Source of the DNA: Candidatus Latescibacterota bacterium
Lineage (GTDB): Bacteria; Latescibacterota; UBA2968; GCA-2709665
DNA: 64,000 nucleotides
Reading direction: 5' to 3'
Assembly: GCA_965203805.1 (NCBI GenBank)
Contig: OZ241917.1
Location: 2,784,001-2,848,000 of the forward strand
The notes under the pieces are model-generated. The model was not told the DNA's origin. It saw only the letters and a list, made by a program, of their open reading frames with translations, and did not search any database. Made by a program: the position numbers and the translations under genes. Of the stretch, positions 59,645 to 64,000 are shown piece after piece; positions within the stretch are counted from its first letter, which is position 1; each line of letters starts with the position of its first letter.

Positions 59645-60685
59645 TCATTCTGGCGAACGCCGGAACGCGCTACCCTGAATCTCCAGAATTTCCCGCCAGC
59701 ATTCCTCCGAAACCGGGATACCCAGCTTCATATTCTCCTCCCGTGTCCTGAACATGCGCTCGCCTGGATAGGTCGCCGGTTCGTTGCCTTCGAGGGGCTC
59801 GGCGGCGTGAAAGTCGGCGAGCGTCTGGTCCACGAGTTCCCGCATCCGGTCTCCCGCGAACGCATCGGCATGGATGGCAATGAACACCTGGGACACACCG
59901 TATTCGGATTCCTCCTGGGCGATCTGGAAAGTCGAACGGCCGCCTGAAAGCAGTGATGCGACCAGGTCCAGCGACATCGCGAGTCCGATGCCCTTCCAGT
60001 GGCCGATGGGGAGCGGACGCCGTGCGGCCTGGATGGCGCCGGCGTCGAACGAGAGTTCTCCTTTGTCGTCGTAGCCGCCTGGGACCGGAAGGCGCCGGTT
60101 TGCGATGCGGTAACCGCCAAGCTTCCCGTGAGAGTATTGGCTCATCGCCATGTCGAGAAGAAAATGCCGGCCTTCCGGGCGGGGTATGGAAAAAACCAGG
60201 GGATTGTTTCCCACCTTGCGGTCAGCGGAACCGAACGGCGGGATCAGCTGGGTGGTATTCGTCCAGCAGATGCCGATGCACCCCGCGTCCGCCGCCCGCA
60301 ATCCATACGTACCCGCCCGCATCCAGTGGTTGGTGTTTCTGAGGGCCACACAGCCCATTCCCTGGTCTTTCGCGACTTCAACAGCGCGGTCCATGCTCGC
60401 GCAGGCGTTGAGGATACCGGGTCCCAGTTTTCCGTCCCACTGCTCCAGCACCCCGAACGCGGCCGCTTTTTCGGGCTCGGCGTGCAGATCCATGCCTTCG
60501 CCTGAACGGGCGTGCCTGACAAACGGCAGGAACCGGTTGACCCCGTGGGAATAGACGCCGTCGCGCGTGGTTTCGGTAAAAATCCCCGCCAGGCGATCGG
60601 CGCGTTCGTTCGTGAAGCCTGTTTTGAGCAGGGCGCGGTTCAGTTCCGCCGCCATGGTGTCGAAGTGGATGCGGCGCATTTCCAT
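59645..60685 (-). CDS. dlgD: 2,3-diketo-L-gulonate reductase (Ldh_2 family)
   Basis: DGVYSHGVNRF, EQWDG, NTNHWMRAGTYG, CWTNT, GNNP, DMAMSQYS, GHWKG. Confidence 0.9.
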   Translation of the reverse strand: MEMRRIHFDTMAAELNRALLKTGFTNERADRLAGIFTETTRDGVYSHGVNRFLPFVRHARSGEGMDLHAEPEKAAAFGVLEQWDGKLGPGILNACASMDRAVEVAKDQGMGCVALRNTNHWMRAGTYGLRAADAGCIGICWTNTTQLIPPFGSADRKVGNNPLVFSIPRPEGRHFLLDMAMSQYSHGKLGGYRIANRRLPVPGGYDDKGELSFDAGAIQAARRPLPIGHWKGIGLAMSLDLVASLLSGGRSTFQIAQEESEYGVSQVFIAIHADAFAGDRMRELVDQTLADFHAAEPLEGNEPATYPGERMFRTREENMKLGIPVSEECWREILEIQGSAFRRSPE

Positions 60686-60692
60686 CGTTTCT

Positions 60693-61100
60693 CTAATCCC
60701 TCTCGGTGTACCCCAGGACAACCAGCAGACATGGACCTCCCGAGATCACGCCGATGCCCGCTCGTTCAGCCTTGGCGACGGCAGCCTCGCTCTCGGCGCC
60801 GGGTTGCAGCCAGATGTATTCAACGCCGGCGTCTGCGGCGTCCGAAACGATCTCCTCCGTAACTTCCGGCGGTGTGATCACGGATATACGCGCCACGGGT
60901 TCTGGAAGCGCGGCGAGATCGGGATACGCTCTCCGGCCTTCGATTTCCGCGGAGCCCGGATTGACCGGATACGCCTTCAGGTTGTGCTGGAGATAGCATC
61001 TCAGGACCTTGTTGCCGTACTTGGCGCGGTCCTTCGACGCGCCGACGACGGCATAGGGTCCGGCCTCCAGGAATGCATCGATCTTTTCGTCGAGTGTCAC
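60693..61100 (-). CDS. CoA-binding protein (YccU-like)
   Basis: AVVGAS..KYG, YPVNP, WLQPGAES, GPCL. Confidence 0.9.
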   Translation of the reverse strand: MTLDEKIDAFLEAGPYAVVGASKDRAKYGNKVLRCYLQHNLKAYPVNPGSAEIEGRRAYPDLAALPEPVARISVITPPEVTEEIVSDAADAGVEYIWLQPGAESEAAVAKAERAGIGVISGGPCLLVVLGYTERD

Positions 61101-61135
61101 GCTTGTTCCTCCGGGTGGCGCGGACTTATGGAAGA

Positions 61136-61588
61136 TTACAGATCTTCATATCTTGGCAGACTGGGCAGGAACCGGTAGCTGCGTTCCTTGCGGTCAAGTG
61201 TGTAACAGTAGTGCGTGATTCCATTGGTCACAATCAGGTAGTCGGTTCCCACGGAGGTGTTGTAGCGGGCGATCTGATCGAACGCTTCCTGTTTGATCTT
61301 CACGTCGGGCGCCTTGCATTCGGCCATGAGAACGGGTTCTCCACTCCTGTTATAGACGATAACGTCGGCGCGATGCTGGACGCCCTTATGCGAAAAGCCC
61401 GACTCGACGGCGGTACGGCCCGCCGGAAATCCCCTGTCTTGAACGAGGTGCTGTACCAGGTTCTGGCGGACCCATTCTTCGGGCGTGAGGCGCACATGTT
61501 TTCGTCGAAGCGGATCGAAAATCGTACTTCTCTCGCCGCTGGCGCGAATGTCAAATTCGTACTGACGTGGAAAGTTGAGAGGTTGCAT
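61136..61588 (-). CDS. Stand-alone type I restriction enzyme HsdR N-terminal domain protein
   Basis: IFDPLRRK..LTPEEWVRQ, RADVIVY, ECKAP, QIARYN, VTNG. Confidence 0.88.
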   Translation of the reverse strand: MQPLNFPRQYEFDIRASGERSTIFDPLRRKHVRLTPEEWVRQNLVQHLVQDRGFPAGRTAVESGFSHKGVQHRADVIVYNRSGEPVLMAECKAPDVKIKQEAFDQIARYNTSVGTDYLIVTNGITHYCYTLDRKERSYRFLPSLPRYEDL

Positions 61589-61664
61589 AGGTATCGGTTG
61601 CGAGGCGTACAGCCCCGGCGGTGGAAGCCTTTCGCACTGCCGCCCGGAACGCCGCTGTCCGCCG

Positions 61665-62825
61665 TCAGCGGGCATGCCAGAGTTCGGGGCGTTCGACGTG
61701 GCGGCGGATGGTGTCCAGGAACCGGGCGGCCGGACCTCCGTCCACGACGCGGTGGTCGAAGGTGAGGCTGAGGGCGACCATGTCGCGAGGCACGATGCGT
61801 CCCTGGTATACGGCCGGTTTCGCGACAATGCGGCCCACCCCCAGAATGGCGCATTGCGGCAGATTGATGATCGGCGTAAACGCGTCGATTCCGTACGCGC
61901 CCAAGTTCGTAACCGTAAACGTACCGCCCTGCAGTTGTTCCGGGCCCAGGTCCCCCTGCCTTGCCTTCTGAACAAGGTCCGAGGTTTCGCGGGCGAGATC
62001 GGGCAGGTCTCTGGCGCGGGCGTGCGTGATGACGGGAACGAGAAGGCCGGCGTGGGTATCCACGGCAATGCCGATGTGTATCTCCTCGTGCCTGCGGACG
62101 GACCCGTCCTGCCAGGAGGCGTTCAGGTCGGGATGGTCGGCGAGCGCGAGGGCGGTCACTCTTACGAAGAGATCGTTGTACGTCAGCAAGGGGATGTCGA
62201 GTTCCGCGCGCAAAGCAACAAAGTCCGTCGCATCGGCTTCGGTGGCAAGCGTCACGGGCGCCGTTCCAGTGTGACTCTCGGTCAGCCGCCGCGCGATGGT
62301 CCGTCGCACGGTTCCTTCGGTTCCTTTTCCGGACTGCACCGGGACCGCGGCCCGGACGTCGCGCTCAACGATACGGCCGTTTCGACCGCTTCCCTGGATC
62401 GTACTCCAGTCGACATCCAGTTCCTCTGCCAGGCGGAGCGCCCTCGGGCTGATCGCGGACCGTCTGTTTCTGCCTCGCGGTCGATCTTTGCGAGTCCGCG
62501 AGCCGGCGGGATCTCGCGGCCCGGCTTCTATTTCCTGTCCGACCGCCGGCGTCGCGTGCGCCTCCTCGGGCGGCGCTTCGCCTGGACCGAGCAGGTAGCC
62601 CAGTATGGCGCCGATCGGCAACGTGTCTCCGGGTTGCGGCGCGTCGGGCGGAATATACAGGGTTCCGCTGTCGAAGGACTCGATTTCGTTTATCGCTTTG
62701 TCGCTCTCAACGGTGAAGATGATGTCTCCCGACTCGATCCGATCCCCGTTCTGCTTGAGCCACTCGACCAGGGTGCCTTCCTCCATGGTCCATCCCAGGC
62801 GCGGCATGACGATTTCTATGGGCAT
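61665..62825 (-). CDS. Dihydrolipoamide acyltransferase E2
   Basis: Lipoyl ESDKA, E3-binding GSGRNGRI, TNLG, catalytic DHRVVDG. Confidence 0.95.
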   Translation of the reverse strand: MPIEIVMPRLGWTMEEGTLVEWLKQNGDRIESGDIIFTVESDKAINEIESFDSGTLYIPPDAPQPGDTLPIGAILGYLLGPGEAPPEEAHATPAVGQEIEAGPRDPAGSRTRKDRPRGRNRRSAISPRALRLAEELDVDWSTIQGSGRNGRIVERDVRAAVPVQSGKGTEGTVRRTIARRLTESHTGTAPVTLATEADATDFVALRAELDIPLLTYNDLFVRVTALALADHPDLNASWQDGSVRRHEEIHIGIAVDTHAGLLVPVITHARARDLPDLARETSDLVQKARQGDLGPEQLQGGTFTVTNLGAYGIDAFTPIINLPQCAILGVGRIVAKPAVYQGRIVPRDMVALSLTFDHRVVDGGPAARFLDTIRRHVERPELWHAR

Positions 62826-62853
62826 GGAGATTTTCCTTCAGAAGCGTCCGCGA

Positions 62854-63831
62854 CTATTCTTCCATCAGGTCGCGGATGGCCTGCGAAACCGTCTCCGGTT
62901 GGGGCAGGCAGGCAGCCTCCAGAGGGGCGCTGTACGGGGTGGGGACATGGGCGCCGTTGAGGCGGCTTACCGGTGCGTCCAGGTCGTCGAACGCCATGCT
63001 CTGAACCTGTGCGGCGATTTCGGCGCCGATGCCGCATGGGCCGAAGGCTTCGTCCACGATGAGCAGACGCCCCGTCTTGTGTACGGATTCCTGAATGGTA
63101 TCCATATCCAGCGGCGCCACGGTGCGCGGGTCGATCAATTCAACCGAGATGCCCTCGGCGGCGAGCCGGTCGCAGAGTCTCCAGGTTATCGGAACCATAT
63201 TGGCGAGTGCGACAACGGTGATGTCATCGCCCTCGCGGCGGACCTCGGCGCGTCCGAAGGGGATGGCGTACGGCGTTTCGGGCACCGGGCCTCGATGGTT
63301 GAGGATGGATTTGTGTTCGAGGAAGAGTACGGGATCATCGCCTTCCAGGGCAGTCTTGAAAAGGCCCTTGGCGTCGTACGGCGTGGCAGGCAGGGCCACG
63401 CGGAAACCCGGCAGGTGTGCGAAAACGGGATAGTAGTTTCCCGAGTGGTGGGTGGCGGCGGCGCCTCCGATACCCACGCAACCCCGCAGGACAACGGGCA
63501 TGGACAGGCGGCCGCTGCTCATGTACTGCATCTTGGCAACCTGGTTGACCATCTCGCCGAAGCCGTCCAGGATGAAGTCAATGAACATGAAGTCCACCAC
63601 GGGCCGCGCGCCGGCCATGGCTGCGCCCGTGCAGAGTCCGATAAAGCCCCGCTCGCAAATCGGGGTATCGCACACCCGCATGGGACCGTAGCGTTCGTAA
63701 AGTCCGGTGGTGGTGTTGAAGTTGCCGCCGCGTTCGCCCACGCCTTCGCCCACAACGAAGATGGTCGGGTCCGCCGCCATGGCATCGGACAGGGCTTCGC
63801 GCGCGGCTTCCGTGAACGTGATCTCACGCAT
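62854..63831 (-). CDS. 2-oxoacid/acetoin dehydrogenase E1 beta subunit
   Basis: GEGV, DTPICE, FMFIDF, HHS, PYDAKGL, FLEHK, IDPRT. Confidence 0.95.
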   Translation of the reverse strand: MREITFTEAAREALSDAMAADPTIFVVGEGVGERGGNFNTTTGLYERYGPMRVCDTPICERGFIGLCTGAAMAGARPVVDFMFIDFILDGFGEMVNQVAKMQYMSSGRLSMPVVLRGCVGIGGAAATHHSGNYYPVFAHLPGFRVALPATPYDAKGLFKTALEGDDPVLFLEHKSILNHRGPVPETPYAIPFGRAEVRREGDDITVVALANMVPITWRLCDRLAAEGISVELIDPRTVAPLDMDTIQESVHKTGRLLIVDEAFGPCGIGAEIAAQVQSMAFDDLDAPVSRLNGAHVPTPYSAPLEAACLPQPETVSQAIRDLMEE

Positions 63832-64000
63832 GGTCCGCTCCCGTTCCACCGAAGACGTGGTCCGTTACCGTGGCGGGGTCCGGCCACGGGCTCTTCCCGG
63901 CGAACTCGACGCCCTCTTCAACCGCGGACCGGACCTCGCTTTCGATCCCTTCGAGCGCCTCCCGGTCGGCGATACCTCCCTCAATCAGTTTTCCTGCCAG
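63824..64000 (-). CDS. 2-oxoacid/acetoin dehydrogenase E1 alpha subunit, C-terminal fragment (cut by window edge)
   Basis: Manual translation: LAGKLIEGGIADREALEGIESEVRSAVEEGVEFAGKSPWPDPATVTDHVF; stop overlaps the E1 beta start. Confidence 0.85.
   Translation of the reverse strand: MAGKLIEGGIADREALEGIESEVRSAVEEGVEFAGKSPWPDPATVTDHVFGGTGADHA

Noticed and set aside
61136-61588. Type I restriction-modification system
   Set aside because: Only the short stand-alone HsdR N-terminal domain; no helicase, hsdM or hsdS

Overview
64 kb of a GC-rich, diderm (Gram-negative type) bacterial chromosome. The backbone carries catabolic and housekeeping genes: a TonB-dependent receptor, a BCCT transporter, an antiporter/PII-like/EIIA operon, heparinase-like and sialidase enzymes, class III aminotransferases, CocE, psd, sthA, cspA, msrB, eltD, dlgD and an acetoin/pyruvate-type 2-oxoacid dehydrogenase. 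Two visibly AT-richer inserts interrupt it. The main one (~38.5-53.25 kb) is a tightly coupled 8-gene minus-strand operon. In order it encodes a Zn-ribbon/beta-rich protein, a membrane-anchored vWA protein, a trypsin-like lipoprotease, a Tubulin_2/FtsZl1-type GTPase, an atypical Hsp70 with Zn-ribbon and Ig-like N-terminus, a membrane-tethered GrpE-like protein, a ZorA/MotA-like channel with a long repeated tail, and a ZorB/MotB-like partner lacking the OmpA domain. A MazF-type toxin-antitoxin pair follows. I do not recognise this combination as a described system; it is the best candidate for a new envelope-spanning, ion-motor-coupled conflict or membrane-remodelling system. The small insert (~5.1-7.1 kb) encodes a putative ADP-ribosyltransferase toxin, an EF-Tu domain III-like putative immunity protein and an unknown gene. 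Nested palindromic REP-like repeats lie on both sides of the large island. I saw no rRNA, tRNA, CRISPR array, integrase or transposase. All family calls come from motif recognition by eye; no database searches were run.
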